A DNA stretch of 31,629 nucleotides from a virus (taxonomy: Duplodnaviria; Caudoviricetes), in the IMG/VR virus record IMGVR_UViG_3300023053_000018, positions 1 to 31,629 of that record, one strand, 5' to 3'. Shown piece after piece: positions 31,578 through 31,629 of this stretch. Position numbers and translations under genes: made by a program. The notes under the pieces were generated by a model. The model made no database searches, was not told where the DNA came from, and saw only the letters and a list, made by a program, of their open reading frames with translations. The first letter of the stretch is position 1. Each line of letters starts with the position of its first letter.

Positions 31578-31629
31578 TCCGCCACTGGCGTGCCGGCGGC
31601 TTGGTGCTGCTCGGTGCCCTGCTCGGGGC
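31565..31629 (+). CDS. Membrane protein start, truncated by window edge
   Basis: GGAG RBS; MRGLIRHWRAGGLVLLGALLG. Confidence 0.5.
   Translation, partial: MRGLIRHWRAGGLVLLGALLG

Larger units (their letters stand above)
1..31629. mobile_element. Lambdoid/HK97-like temperate siphovirus (pro)phage, partial (both ends outside window)
   Basis: Canonical module order immunity-replication-Q-lysis-cos-head-tail with tightly coupled ATGA/GTGA/TGATG overlaps. Confidence 0.97.

Overview
GC-rich temperate siphovirus (HK97/lambda-like) prophage or phage segment; gene style suggests a Xanthomonadaceae host such as Stenotrophomonas (inference). Minus strand, right to left: cro, cII-like, replication initiator with internal iterons, helicase-loader-like gene, nin-like genes (Rmf/CrpP-like, Ref-like nuclease, wHTH with a SutA-like motif, RusA-like), Q-like antiterminator, pR'/tR', endolysin-holin-Rz/Rz1, HNH, cos, terminases, portal, ClpP-type protease, HK97 capsid, neck, tail tube, frameshifted G/GT chaperones, tape measure, tail tip and an SGNH-esterase tail spike with a partner gene. 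Plus strand: cI with five visible operators, a DUF4468-like exported protein and the start of the early-left operon. Accessory inserts: a class II Fic gene between Q and pR' followed by tandem palindromes, an antisense gene with an RBS-sequestering hairpin between cro and cII, a small membrane protein next to OL and a promoter-bearing ORF at the left edge. No integrase, att site, rRNA, tRNA or CRISPR array is visible. All family calls come from motif recognition by eye, not database searches.
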